This document shows, one piece after another, positions 39,927 through 50,169 of a DNA stretch of 60,083 nt; the first letter of the stretch is position 1; each line of letters begins with the position of its first letter. Both the position numbers and the translations under genes were made by a program. The DNA comes from an uncultured Planctomycetales bacterium (lineage in GTDB: Bacteria; Omnitrophota; Gorgyraeia; Zapsychrales; Zapsychraceae): positions 131,232 through 191,314 of the forward strand of contig CAZHWM010000012.1 in the NCBI GenBank assembly GCA_964535935.1, written 5' to 3'. The notes beneath the pieces are model-generated. The model saw nothing but the letters and a program-made list of their open reading frames with translations, did not search any database and was not told the origin of the DNA.

Positions 39927-40796
39927 TTAACCTATAATCTCCATAGAAACATCTATTGCCTTATGTGTATGGGTTAAAGATCCTATAGAAATTCTATCTA
40001 CACCTGTTTTGGCTATATCCCGGACATTTCTTAATGTAACACCACCAGTAGCCTCAAGCAAAGGCCTTTTTTTATGACCTGTTTCATTTCTTAATTTTAC
40101 AGCTTTCCTCATTTGTGATAGAGTCATATTATCCAACATAATTATATCCGGGGGGTTTTTAAGTACCTGCTTAAATTGGATTAAATTATCCACCTCCACA
40201 GCTATAGGCTCTTTATGTGTCTGTTTAAATCGTTCTATAGCTTCTGGAAGAGTGATAAAATCTTCATAAACCTTTCTGTGATTATCTTTTATAAGCACCA
40301 TTTCTTGTAAATTTATTCTATGATTTACCCCGCCGCCGCACCTAACTGCATATTTTTCAAATTTTCTCAATCCGGGGGTAGTCTTTCGCGTCCCCAAAAT
40401 AACAACATTATATGGTTTTACCTTCTTCACAAACCTATTGGTATTGGTGGCGACACCGGAAAGATACGCAATACAATTAAGAGCTGTTCTCTCTCCTGCC
40501 AAGAGTGCCCTTGTTTTGCCTTTCAATGAAATAATGGTAGTAGCTTTACTTACAAAATCACTATCTTTATAAAACTTACGATATTTTACTTTTTTATCCA
40601 ATTTTTGGAATATTTTTATAGCAATGTCCACTCCACAAAGGACAGACTCCTCTTTTACAATAATCACCGCTTCTGATATCTTATCTTCGGGTATCAAAAA
40701 ATTAGTAGTAATATCTTGATCACTAGCATCCTCTTTAAGTGCTTTAAATATAATTTGTTCAACATCTACGGGATCCAAAACAATTCTTTTTTTCAT
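39927..40796 (-). CDS. nadC: Quinolinate phosphoribosyltransferase
   Basis: ALKED...DITT, ERTALN, TRKTTPGLR.FEKYAVRCGGG.NHR, LIKDNH, VEVDN, IIMLDN, EATGG, DRISIGSLTH. Confidence 0.95.
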   Translation of the reverse strand: MKKRIVLDPVDVEQIIFKALKEDASDQDITTNFLIPEDKISEAVIIVKEESVLCGVDIAIKIFQKLDKKVKYRKFYKDSDFVSKATTIISLKGKTRALLAGERTALNCIAYLSGVATNTNRFVKKVKPYNVVILGTRKTTPGLRKFEKYAVRCGGGVNHRINLQEMVLIKDNHRKVYEDFITLPEAIERFKQTHKEPIAVEVDNLIQFKQVLKNPPDIIMLDNMTLSQMRKAVKLRNETGHKKRPLLEATGGVTLRNVRDIAKTGVDRISIGSLTHTHKAIDVSMEIIG

Positions 40797-40815
40797 AATA
40801 TCTTTATAATCTCCC

Positions 40816-43479
40816 TTATCCTAATTCTGCAAGAGCCTGTTTTAGTTCTTTGATCTTTAGCTCCATTTCATCAAATCTGATGCGTTCCTTTTGTATCACC
40901 TCCTGCGGAGCCTTATTTAAAAAATCTTTATTTTGTAATCTTGCAGACAGGCTGCTGACAATACGTTCATTATCCTTAATTTCAGCTATAATCCGTTGTT
41001 TCTCCTCTTCTATATTTATAAGACCGCTTAAAGCTACTATACATTTCACCTTCCCTATTACAACCGTTGCTGAAGCCGATACATTATTAGCATCAACTTC
41101 TCCGACAGTAATCTCATTGACCTTAGCAAATGTCCGAAGCATATTGGAATTTTGTTCTAATAATGACAGAGAAATAGTATCTTCAGATACAAATTGACAA
41201 TCTATTTTATCCTTAGGTTTTATATTCCATCTGGCCCTTATATTGCGTAATGCACCTATCACATCAATAACAAATTTCATATCAGCTTCTACTTTTACAT
41301 CAATCTTTTCCTCCTCTATATCAGGCCAACGCTGAATACATAAAGGATTATCCTTACCTTTAAATCTACACCATATCTCTTCTGTCACAAACGGCATAAA
41401 GGGGTGCAATATCTTTAATGAACCCTCAAGTAAGGCCAAAGCTATATTTTGTATATTTTCTTCATTCCATCTCTCTTTTATAATCTCCAGATACCAATCA
41501 CATAACTCACTCCAGAAAAAATCCTCTACAAGTATCTCTGCCTCAGAGAAACGGTATCTTTCTATTGCATTGCCTACATGTTTGACAGTGTTAAAAAATC
41601 TTGATACAATCCATTTAGTTACAAGATCTTTATCTTCTATTTTAATACCAGATAGATAATTAGCCCCTGATTCAGATCGTTTAAGGTTAGATAGGTCAAT
41701 ATGCATTAATATAAGCCTTGACGCATTCCATACCTTATTTGCAAAATTCCTCCCTATTTCAAATTTATCTTTCGAAATAAAGATATCCTGACCAGAATTA
41801 ACAATAAGACTAAATCTTAACGCATCTGCCCCGTATTCCTCTATTATTTCAAGAGGATCAATTGCATTTCCTAAAGATTTCGACATCTTCCTACCTTTAG
41901 AATCACGTACTGTACCATGAATATATACATCTGAAAAAGGGATATCTCCCATAAACTCCAAACCTGCCATTATCATGCGTGCAACCCAGAAAAAGATTAT
42001 CTCTGGTGCAGTAAATAATGCTGATGTAGGATAAAAATATTGCAAGTCAGGATCAATCGTACCATCAGATAACGGCCACCTGAACGTTGCGAACGGCCAT
42101 AACCATGATGAAAACCACGTATCAAGGACATCTTCATCTTGATATATATCCTTTGAACCACATTTAGGACATTGTTTGGGATCTGTTTCAGAAACAATAA
42201 CATTATCATCATTTCCACAATCTCTACAATACCATACTGGGATTCTGTGTCCCCACCATATCTGCCTTGATATACACCAATCACGAATATTCTCCATCCA
42301 ATTCATATAAACTTTGGTCCATCTCTGAGGATAAAACTTAATCTTTCCTTCTTTTACTGCTGTAATCGCAGGTTCCGCGAGAGGCTTCATCTTTACAAAC
42401 CATTGTTTAGAAAGATATGGTTCTACAATAGTATGACAACGATAACAGTGCCCTACTGCATGCATATGAGGCGTTATCTTTTCAAGTAGTTTTCTTTGCT
42501 TCAATTCATCAACAATTGCCTCTCTTGCCTCAAACCTATCCATATCAGCAAATTCACCTGCCTGTTCATTAAGTCTTGCATCCGGATGCATAATATTAAT
42601 AGCTTTTAACCCATGCCGTTCTCCCATAAAAAAATCATTAGGATCATGAGCAGGTGTAACCTTAACTGCACCTGTTCCAAATTCAGGGTCAACAAACTCA
42701 TCTGCAACAATGGGTATATACCTACCTATAAGAGGAAGTACAACGGTCTTTCCTATCAGATTGGTGTACCTACTGTCATTCGGGTTAACTGCAACAGCTG
42801 TATCCCCTAACATGGTCTCAGGCCTTGTTGTAGCAACTGTAATATATTCATCAGTATCTTTAATAGGATAACGAATATAATAAAGAAAACCTTCTGTATC
42901 CTTATGCTCAGCCTCCTCATCAGATAAAGCAGTAAGACAGCGCGGACACCAATTGATAATATATTCACCTCGATATATAAAACCTTTTTGATATAACTTT
43001 ACAAAAACATACCTTACAGCCCTACAATAATCTTCATCCATCGTAAACCTTAACCTCTGCCAGTCACAAGAACTACCTAATCTTTTAAGCTGTCGAATAA
43101 TGGTATCTCCATACTCTCTCTTCCATGCCCATAATCGTTCTAAAAAAGCATCGCGACCTATATCCTGCCTTCGTTTTCCTTCCTTTGCCAGTTGTTTTTC
43201 AACAACATTCTGAGTAGCTATACCTGCATGATCCGTACCAGGCATCCATAACGCCTCAAACCCCTTCATACGCTTATATCGGATAATAATATCCTGCAAT
43301 GTATTGTTGAGCGCATGCCCCATATGAAGAATACCTGTAACATTTGGAGGAGGGATAACAACAGTATAAGGCTGTTTATTTTGATTAACTTTGGCTGAGA
43401 AACAATTCTTCTCCTCCCAATATTTGGCCCATTTATTATCTACCTCTTTGAAATTAAATCTTGGTGGCAATTCTATCAT
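40816..43479 (-). CDS. valS: Valine--tRNA ligase
   Basis: PPPNVTGILHMGH (HIGH), PGTDHAGIATQ, ATTRPETMLGD, WCISRQIWWGH, KMSKSLGN, C-terminal coiled coil. Confidence 0.98.
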   Translation of the reverse strand: MIELPPRFNFKEVDNKWAKYWEEKNCFSAKVNQNKQPYTVVIPPPNVTGILHMGHALNNTLQDIIIRYKRMKGFEALWMPGTDHAGIATQNVVEKQLAKEGKRRQDIGRDAFLERLWAWKREYGDTIIRQLKRLGSSCDWQRLRFTMDEDYCRAVRYVFVKLYQKGFIYRGEYIINWCPRCLTALSDEEAEHKDTEGFLYYIRYPIKDTDEYITVATTRPETMLGDTAVAVNPNDSRYTNLIGKTVVLPLIGRYIPIVADEFVDPEFGTGAVKVTPAHDPNDFFMGERHGLKAINIMHPDARLNEQAGEFADMDRFEAREAIVDELKQRKLLEKITPHMHAVGHCYRCHTIVEPYLSKQWFVKMKPLAEPAITAVKEGKIKFYPQRWTKVYMNWMENIRDWCISRQIWWGHRIPVWYCRDCGNDDNVIVSETDPKQCPKCGSKDIYQDEDVLDTWFSSWLWPFATFRWPLSDGTIDPDLQYFYPTSALFTAPEIIFFWVARMIMAGLEFMGDIPFSDVYIHGTVRDSKGRKMSKSLGNAIDPLEIIEEYGADALRFSLIVNSGQDIFISKDKFEIGRNFANKVWNASRLILMHIDLSNLKRSESGANYLSGIKIEDKDLVTKWIVSRFFNTVKHVGNAIERYRFSEAEILVEDFFWSELCDWYLEIIKERWNEENIQNIALALLEGSLKILHPFMPFVTEEIWCRFKGKDNPLCIQRWPDIEEEKIDVKVEADMKFVIDVIGALRNIRARWNIKPKDKIDCQFVSEDTISLSLLEQNSNMLRTFAKVNEITVGEVDANNVSASATVVIGKVKCIVALSGLINIEEEKQRIIAEIKDNERIVSSLSARLQNKDFLNKAPQEVIQKERIRFDEMELKIKELKQALAELG

Positions 43480-43865
43480 TCTACTACCTTCACCCTTTCT
43501 AATAATTTTTCTATTAAAAGACTATAATCTCTTATCTTTTCATAAATAGCATCTGCTATCTCTTCCTTATATGTATGGGAGGTATTATTTCTACTATCTG
43601 TCATCTCAAGAAATTTGATAGTTTCATCCTCTCCAAAAATACCAGCAGCAAAAGCCTCTCTAAAAACTGCCTTAGGAGTATTAACAATAATACCTTCATT
43701 GTCTTTTAAATACTCTTTTAAAAACTTCCATAGCGCCTCAAATGTATATTCAAACCGTTGTATTGCCGCATCCCTTACAATAACAGAAAAAGGTTCTCTT
43801 AATACCTGCTTTAAAGTAGTAGATGCCCGCAATGCATCTTTGTATCTCAAGGACAATCTTTCCAT
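43476..43865 (-). CDS. HEPN-domain protein (HI0074/HepT-like toxin)
   Basis: RDAAIQRFEYTFEALWK and RNNTSHTY (R-x4-H RNase motif plus Tyr). Confidence 0.9.
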   Translation of the reverse strand: MERLSLRYKDALRASTTLKQVLREPFSVIVRDAAIQRFEYTFEALWKFLKEYLKDNEGIIVNTPKAVFREAFAAGIFGEDETIKFLEMTDSRNNTSHTYKEEIADAIYEKIRDYSLLIEKLLERVKVVE

Positions 43866-44143
43866 ACTAGAGCCTCTTTTAGTACCTCAGTTCTAAAATC
43901 TTCTGACACCTCTGACAACAAAACAAACTCTACCTTATAAGGTATGTTCAATTGTTCTACCTTTTCTTTTAAAAAAATAATTTTATTTTTATTAAATTTG
44001 CCAACAGGCATAATACCTATATCTACGTCTGAAGATGGGTTTTGGTCTCCACGTGCTCGAGAACCAAATAGAACAACCTTAACATCCTCATCTTGTAATT
44101 CATTTAAAATAAAGCTCTGCAAAGATATCAAGTAATCATTCAT
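43847..44143 (-). CDS. Minimal nucleotidyltransferase (MNT/MntA-like antitoxin)
   Basis: LFGSRARGDQNPSSDVDIG (GS-x10-DxD); overlaps the downstream HEPN gene by 19 bp. Confidence 0.9.
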   Translation of the reverse strand: MNDYLISLQSFILNELQDEDVKVVLFGSRARGDQNPSSDVDIGIMPVGKFNKNKIIFLKEKVEQLNIPYKVEFVLLSEVSEDFRTEVLKEALVWKDCP

Positions 44144-44176
44144 GAAACTCCCCTATATTATCTATCATCATAGAAA

Positions 44177-45745
44177 TTATCTTTTATAATCTTTCAATAA
44201 TTTGTATTCAATACTGTCAATTAATGCCTCCCAGCTTGCTTCTATAATATTCTCATGGACACCCACTGTTGTCCACGAGTCGTGATTGTCCTGTGATTCT
44301 ATAAGTACTCTTACCCTTGCTGCCGTACCTGTCGTAGTATCAAGAACCCTCACTTTATAATCAACTAAACGCATATGTGACAATTCAGGATAAAATTCAT
44401 TTAATGCACTACGTAAGGCCTTATCTAATGCGTCAACGGGACCGTCTCCTTCTGCAGCGGAAAATTTCTCTTTGCCATCTACATTTACCCTGATAGATGC
44501 CTCTGCAAATATCTTCCCATCAAAACGTTTCTCAGTTGATACCTTAAAACCCTCAAGTTTAAAGAAAGGTTTATATCTTTTTAAAGAACGCTTCATAAAT
44601 AATTCAAAAGATGCATCTGCTGCCTCAAACTGATAACCTTCATGTTCTTTTTCCTGTAAAGCCCTCAAAAGTTTCTTAGCCTGAGGAGACTTTTTATCAA
44701 GAGATACATCTAGTTCTCTTGCCTTCATTACTATTGGCATTTTACCTGCCAACTCTGACGTAATAAAACGTCGATGATTCCCTACAACCTTGGGATCTAT
44801 ATGCTCATATGCCAACGGATTCTTTAACATCGCATCAATATGTACCCCTGCCTTATGGGCAAATGCAGAATGTCCTACAAAAGGGGTATTATCAGGAAGC
44901 TGGATATTACTAATTTCATTAATATAATAACAAGTTTCTGTTAACAGAGATACCTTTTTATCTGGAATAGTCCGCAAATTCATCTTTGTATGTAATATTC
45001 CTATAATAGTAGAAAGATTTGCATTGCCACATCTCTCACCTAACCCCGTAATAGTTCCCTGCACATGAGAACAACCAGATTCAATAGCCGCAAGAGTATT
45101 AGATACTGCAAGTCCAGAATCATTATGTGCATGTATACCCAATGATGTTGATATTTTTTGTCTTATTTTTCCAATCACATCTTTTATATATTCTGGCAAC
45201 ATACCTCCATTCGTATCACATAATATAATACAGTCAGCACCTGCATCTTCTGCTGCAATTAAAGTATCTAATGCATAATCCGGATTACTTTTATATCCAT
45301 CAAAAAAATGTTCTGCATCAAAAAAAACCTCTTTTTTTCTATTTTTAAGGTATAAAATGGAATCTTTTATCATATTCAAATTTTCTTCTAAAGAAGTCCT
45401 AAGAACATCTTTTACATGGAGATCCCAACTTTTACCAAATATAGTAATAGTTTCAGCTCCTGATTTTATAAGTTCACGTAGATTAACATCATCAGACGAC
45501 TTAATATTCGACCTACGGGTAGATCCAAATGCAACTATCTTAGAAACTGTAGGTTTATGCTGCTTAACAAATTTAAAATATTGTTTATCTTTAGGATTAG
45601 ACCCTGGCCATCCTCCTTCAATGTAATGGACCCCCAACTCATTTAACTTCTCAGTTATTTTTAACTTATCCTCAACAGAAAAAGAAATTCCCTCTGTCTG
45701 AGAACCATCTCTTAAGGTTGTATCATAGACAACAATTTTTTCCAT
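44177..45745 (-). CDS. cimA: Citramalate synthase
   Basis: YDTTLRDGSQTEG, YIEGGWPGSNPKD, IFGKSWDLHV, DAEHFFDG, AFAHKAG.H, GDGPVDALD, VRVLIES, ASWEAL. Confidence 0.94.
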   Translation of the reverse strand: MEKIVVYDTTLRDGSQTEGISFSVEDKLKITEKLNELGVHYIEGGWPGSNPKDKQYFKFVKQHKPTVSKIVAFGSTRRSNIKSSDDVNLRELIKSGAETITIFGKSWDLHVKDVLRTSLEENLNMIKDSILYLKNRKKEVFFDAEHFFDGYKSNPDYALDTLIAAEDAGADCIILCDTNGGMLPEYIKDVIGKIRQKISTSLGIHAHNDSGLAVSNTLAAIESGCSHVQGTITGLGERCGNANLSTIIGILHTKMNLRTIPDKKVSLLTETCYYINEISNIQLPDNTPFVGHSAFAHKAGVHIDAMLKNPLAYEHIDPKVVGNHRRFITSELAGKMPIVMKARELDVSLDKKSPQAKKLLRALQEKEHEGYQFEAADASFELFMKRSLKRYKPFFKLEGFKVSTEKRFDGKIFAEASIRVNVDGKEKFSAAEGDGPVDALDKALRSALNEFYPELSHMRLVDYKVRVLDTTTGTAARVRVLIESQDNHDSWTTVGVHENIIEASWEALIDSIEYKLLKDYKR

Positions 45746-45761
45746 ATAACAATCCTTCCTC

Positions 45762-45804
45762 TTTATTCTGCACTATTTAACAAGGTTAAATAGTGCAGAA
45801 TAAA
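45762..45804. repeat. Perfect 20-bp palindrome with a 3-nt loop (REP-like), same family as 16238-16306
   Basis: TTTATTCTGCACTATTTAAC-AAG-GTTAAATAGTGCAGAATAAA; lies in the lysC-cimA spacer and abuts the cimA SD; no U-tract follows on either strand. Confidence 0.85.
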
Positions 45805-45818
45805 AGAAAACAATCAAA

Positions 45819-47036
45819 TTAACCTAAATTAAATACCTTATGAAGAACCTTAACAGCCTTATCTGTTTGTCTTTGTTCTATAATACATGAGATACTTATC
45901 TCTGATGTTGTTATCATATTAATATTAATTTTATTCTTAGCAAGGGCAGAAAACATCTTTGCTGCTATTCCATGATGTGAACGCATACCTGAGCCCACAA
46001 TAGAGACCCTGGCAATATTTTTATCATACTGGACATCTCCTGCACCTATCTCTTTTGCTACTTTCTGGGCTGCCTCCAAGACAACATTTAATGATTGTTT
46101 AGGAACAGTAAAAGATATATCTGTGTATTTAGTATGACTTACATTCTGTACAATAACATCAACATTTACTCCTAATTTAGATATTTCCATAAATATCTTA
46201 GCTGCTATACCGGGTTGATCCGGCACGGAACATATAGTAATCTTGGCTTCTGATTTATTACTAGTTACCCCACGCACTGCTATATCCTCTAATCTATCAT
46301 CTGATTTAACTATCATAGTTCCTTCCTCCTTACAAAAACTCGAACGTACATGTATAGGAATATTAAACCTTCGTGCCACCTCTATAGACCGCGCTTGCAT
46401 AACTTGTGCACCTAAAGATGCCATCTCCAGCATCTCATCAAAAGAGATGGTCTTGATTTTCCTCGCCTCTTTAACAATACGAGGATCTGCAGTATAAATA
46501 CCTTCTACATCCGTATATATCTCACATACTCTGGCCCTTAATGTTTTAGCCAATGCTACTGCTGTTAAATCCGAGCCACCTCTCCCTAAGGTAGTAATAT
46601 CATCTTCAATCGTAACCCCCTGATAACCTGCGACTATAACTATTTTATCTTTTCTAAAAGCTGTCCGTATCCTTCCTGCATCTATAGAATGTATCCGTGC
46701 CTTTGTATGCGCTTTGTCAGTAATGATTCCCACTTGTTTACCTGTAAATGATATGGCATCATAACCTATGCTTTTAACTGCCATAGCTAGCAAGGCACAA
46801 GAAATCTGTTCTCCTGTGGACATTAGCATATCCATCTCACGTTCAGCTGGTTCAGGAGTAATCTGATATGCCATAGCCTCTAATTCATCAGTAGTATCTC
46901 CTAAGGCTGATACCACTACTACGATATTATTATCTTGCCTTTTGGATTCCACAATCCTACGTGCTACTGCCTTAATACGCGCAATGTTAGCAACCGATGA
47001 ACCGCCATATTTTTGCACTATAGTATATTTGTTCAT
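45819..47036 (-). CDS. lysC: Aspartate kinase
   Basis: VQKYGGSSV, VVSALGDTTD, TTLGRGGSD, YTDVEG..TADPR, EMASLGAQV; two ACT domains. Confidence 0.96.
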   Translation of the reverse strand: MNKYTIVQKYGGSSVANIARIKAVARRIVESKRQDNNIVVVVSALGDTTDELEAMAYQITPEPAEREMDMLMSTGEQISCALLAMAVKSIGYDAISFTGKQVGIITDKAHTKARIHSIDAGRIRTAFRKDKIVIVAGYQGVTIEDDITTLGRGGSDLTAVALAKTLRARVCEIYTDVEGIYTADPRIVKEARKIKTISFDEMLEMASLGAQVMQARSIEVARRFNIPIHVRSSFCKEEGTMIVKSDDRLEDIAVRGVTSNKSEAKITICSVPDQPGIAAKIFMEISKLGVNVDVIVQNVSHTKYTDISFTVPKQSLNVVLEAAQKVAKEIGAGDVQYDKNIARVSIVGSGMRSHHGIAAKMFSALAKNKININMITTSEISISCIIEQRQTDKAVKVLHKVFNLG

Positions 47037-47116
47037 CTTTTATCTATTTCCTTCCCTCCCAAAAAGAAACGAAAATCTTAACTACCTTAATAGCTGACTT
47101 AATCTCCTTTATATCT

Positions 47117-48325
47117 CTACATATACCGTTTTATAAAATCATTTAATAAGAGCTCTCCCGTATTATATACTATCCCGCTTTCTTTAGCTGCCTTTTCACT
47201 ATACCCACTAATACCACTGACAGGGATATTCTTTCCAAACATAATAAACCCGACTGCATCCGCAGTATGAGTACGTAAAGATACTGGAGTAGGATGGTCC
47301 GGAACTACCAATATGCGGATATCATCACATTCATTAAAATAACTCAATATTTCTCCTATTACTTCTTTGTCTATTTTTTCTATGCAAGATACCTTTGCAT
47401 TTATATCACCATTATGACCTGCCTCATCTGCCGACTCTATATGAATAAACACTATTCCTAATGACTTAAGTGCCTCAAGTGCATACTTTGCCTTTCCTGC
47501 ATAATTTGTATCATAATATCCTGTAATACCCGGGACATCTATCACCTTCAATCCAGCAAGTTTTCCTATCCCATTTACTAAATCTACTGCTGATATTATT
47601 CCACCTTCCACACCAAATTTATCTTTAAATAGTGGCAAATCCGGCTTTATCCCCTGCCCCCATAGCCATATCATATTAGCAGGATTCTCTCCAAGGTCTA
47701 TACGAACTTGGTTCACTGAATGTGATTCAAATACCTTACGTGAACGTTCCATCAATTTCAACAACATTGGAGACTGTTTTCCTTTTGGTAAATATTGTTT
47801 AAATTTCCTACCTATAATATCATGTGGGGGTGTAGTTCTTATTTTAAGATAATCATCGGGATTACGTAATTTTAGTACTAATAGATGCCTATAGCTTTTA
47901 CCAACATAAAATTTTACATCCTCTAGACCGATATCATTATTTAATGCCTCTATCAGCAATGCAGCCTCTTTAGTAGAAATATGACTAGCACTATAATCTG
48001 CCATCTTTTCATCAGTAACTGTAACAAGATTACATCTAAATGCAACCTCATCATTATTAAGATTAATTCCCATATTTGCTGCTTCTAAAGGAGCCCTGCC
48101 GGATAAATAACGCGTTGGATCATAGCCTAAAAGTGACATATTACCTACATCAGAACCGGGTCTCATGCCTTCTGGAATAGTAGTAACTACTCCTATACTG
48201 CCATTTTGTGCAATATAATCCATATTGGGTGTATCTGCCACCTCAAGTGGAGTCTTGTTTCCCAACTCTTCTACGGGATAATCCGCCATACCATCTGGAA
48301 TTATAACAATATATTTCATAACCAT
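47117..48325 (-). CDS. apgM: Cofactor-independent phosphoglycerate mutase, ApgM type (proposed homoserine kinase subfamily)
   Basis: PDGMAD, TPNMD, PGSDVGNMSLLGY, AFRCNLVT, WLWGQG, HIESADEAGH, PDHPTP..RTH; embedded in the thr cluster. Confidence 0.85.
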   Translation of the reverse strand: MVMKYIVIIPDGMADYPVEELGNKTPLEVADTPNMDYIAQNGSIGVVTTIPEGMRPGSDVGNMSLLGYDPTRYLSGRAPLEAANMGINLNNDEVAFRCNLVTVTDEKMADYSASHISTKEAALLIEALNNDIGLEDVKFYVGKSYRHLLVLKLRNPDDYLKIRTTPPHDIIGRKFKQYLPKGKQSPMLLKLMERSRKVFESHSVNQVRIDLGENPANMIWLWGQGIKPDLPLFKDKFGVEGGIISAVDLVNGIGKLAGLKVIDVPGITGYYDTNYAGKAKYALEALKSLGIVFIHIESADEAGHNGDINAKVSCIEKIDKEVIGEILSYFNECDDIRILVVPDHPTPVSLRTHTADAVGFIMFGKNIPVSGISGYSEKAAKESGIVYNTGELLLNDFIKRYM

Positions 48326-48354
48326 TTAAAGAATAAATTTATAAAAAATAAAAT

Positions 48355-48996
48355 TTATATCATCCCATCTAATAATCTAACAAGCGTCCTAGATAACGTA
48401 TAACGACTCTTTCTAAATGCCAAAATATCACCATCTTTATTAATAATATACGCTCTGTAACCACGTATATCATTAGTATTAGCGATAACAAGGTCACATC
48501 CTGCCCGCCTTATAAGAGAACTTGCTTCCCTACGGGCATCCACCTTATGCATATTAGGCTCCAATTTAAATCCTACAAGGAAAACATTAGGAGCAATTCT
48601 TTTTATGGAATCTATAATTTTCTCTGTAGGAACTAATTCTAATATAATACTCTCCTGCCCTGAAGACATCTTGCCTTTAAAAGGAGATCTTAGTTTATAA
48701 TCAGAAACCGCTGCCACATGGACGACTATGTCATATCCTTTTCTTAACTCTTTTCGTATTAGTTGAAATAATTCATCATAAAAATAAAACTTCAAAACCT
48801 TTATACCCGCCACAGAATCCAGTCTATTCAATACTGGCCCTTCTAAGACAGTTACCTTTGAACCTCGATTAAAAAAATCTTTTGCTATAATCCCACCTAA
48901 TCTGCCGGTTGACCTGTTACTTATTACGCGCATATCATCTATCTCTACCCAAGTAGGACCACTAGTAATAAGAACCTTCTTGTTCTCTACACCCAT
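48355..48996 (-). CDS. coaB: Stand-alone phosphopantothenoylcysteine synthetase (CoaB domain)
   Basis: VLITSGPT.VEIDDMRVISNRSTGRLG, AAVSDY, LVGFKLE, DLVIAN; no CoaC flavoprotein domain. Confidence 0.82.
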   Translation of the reverse strand: MGVENKKVLITSGPTWVEIDDMRVISNRSTGRLGGIIAKDFFNRGSKVTVLEGPVLNRLDSVAGIKVLKFYFYDELFQLIRKELRKGYDIVVHVAAVSDYKLRSPFKGKMSSGQESIILELVPTEKIIDSIKRIAPNVFLVGFKLEPNMHKVDARREASSLIRRAGCDLVIANTNDIRGYRAYIINKDGDILAFRKSRYTLSRTLVRLLDGMI

Positions 48997-49110
48997 TAAA
49001 AAATTTTCTCTCCATTTACAGGAAGTAACTTACCTATAATCTATAAAAACTACAGATTATATCTCTCTGTCCCGCTTTTTAGTATAACTATTTACCTTCT
49101 AGAAAGTATT

Positions 49111-50169
49111 TTATAACTCCCCTATCTCTTCAAGCACTGCTTCTAATACAGGTTCCACTATTGCCGGTCTAATGACATTCTTTACTGCAGTATCCGGGTC
49201 TTTTAACCCATGGCCAGTAAGGGTACACACCATCCTAGCACCCTTCTTATCTTTGAAAAAATCTGCATGATGAAGTTTCAATATTCCTGCAACAGAAGCA
49301 GCAGAGGCAGGTTCAACAAATATTCCATCCTTTTGTGCCAACAATTTATATGCGGCAATAATTTCTTCATCAGTTACCATATCAATCACACCAGAAGATT
49401 CATCCCTTGCCTGTTCTGCTGTCTTCCAACTTGCTGGATTACCTATCCTTATAGCAGTCGCTATCGTCTCAGGTTTCTCTACAATCTTTCCTCTTACAAT
49501 AGGAGCAGCACCTGCTGCCTGAAATCCTAACATCTTTGGCAACTTACCTATTATACCCGCTTGTTTATATTCTTTATATCCTTTCCAATAAGCAGTAATA
49601 TTGCCTGCATTACCTACAGGGATAGCATGGAAATCCGGAGCATCTGAAAGAGAATCACATATCTCAAAGGCTGCTGATTTCTGGCCTTCTATACGATAAG
49701 GATTTATAGAATTTACAAGAGTGATAGGATAATTTGAAGTAATTTTTCGTACCAAAGATAATGCCTGGTCAAAATTCCCTTTAATCGCAATAACCTTTGC
49801 ATTATGTATCATTGCCTGTGCCAATTTCCCCAGTGCAATATTTCCCTCAGGGATAAGGACAATACATTTCAAACCACAACGGGCAGAAAATGCTGCTGCG
49901 GAGGCAGAAGTATTTCCGGTTGATGCACACATCACAGCCTTTGCTCCATCTTCTACTGCCTTAGATATCGCCACTGTCATCCCTCTATCTTTAAACGAAC
50001 CAGTAGGATTAACACCTTCATACTTCAAAAATACTCTTAAACCTATCTTATTGGACAGGTATTCAGAAAAAATAAGAGGAGTATTCCCTTCATTAAGCGT
50101 TACTATAGGTGTTGCATTAGACACAGGTAGAAAAGTTTTATATCGTTTTATAATACCTTCCCATTTCAC
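49111..50169 (-). CDS. thrC: Threonine synthase
   Basis: [20 protein letters not shown] (PLP Lys), [46 protein letters not shown]. Confidence 0.96.
   Translation of the reverse strand: MKWEGIIKRYKTFLPVSNATPIVTLNEGNTPLIFSEYLSNKIGLRVFLKYEGVNPTGSFKDRGMTVAISKAVEDGAKAVMCASTGNTSASAAAFSARCGLKCIVLIPEGNIALGKLAQAMIHNAKVIAIKGNFDQALSLVRKITSNYPITLVNSINPYRIEGQKSAAFEICDSLSDAPDFHAIPVGNAGNITAYWKGYKEYKQAGIIGKLPKMLGFQAAGAAPIVRGKIVEKPETIATAIRIGNPASWKTAEQARDESSGVIDMVTDEEIIAAYKLLAQKDGIFVEPASAASVAGILKLHHADFFKDKKGARMVCTLTGHGLKDPDTAVKNVIRPAIVEPVLEAVLEEIGEL

Noticed and set aside
45762-45804. Palindrome as a dif site (GTTAAAT resembles part of the XerD arm, and xerC is in the window)
   Set aside because: dif needs two 11-bp arms around a 6-bp spacer; here the centre is 3 nt and the TTAT part of the arm is missing.
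16238-45804. Palindromic repeats as a CRISPR array
   Set aside because: Only three units at two distant loci, no regular unique spacers and no cas genes.
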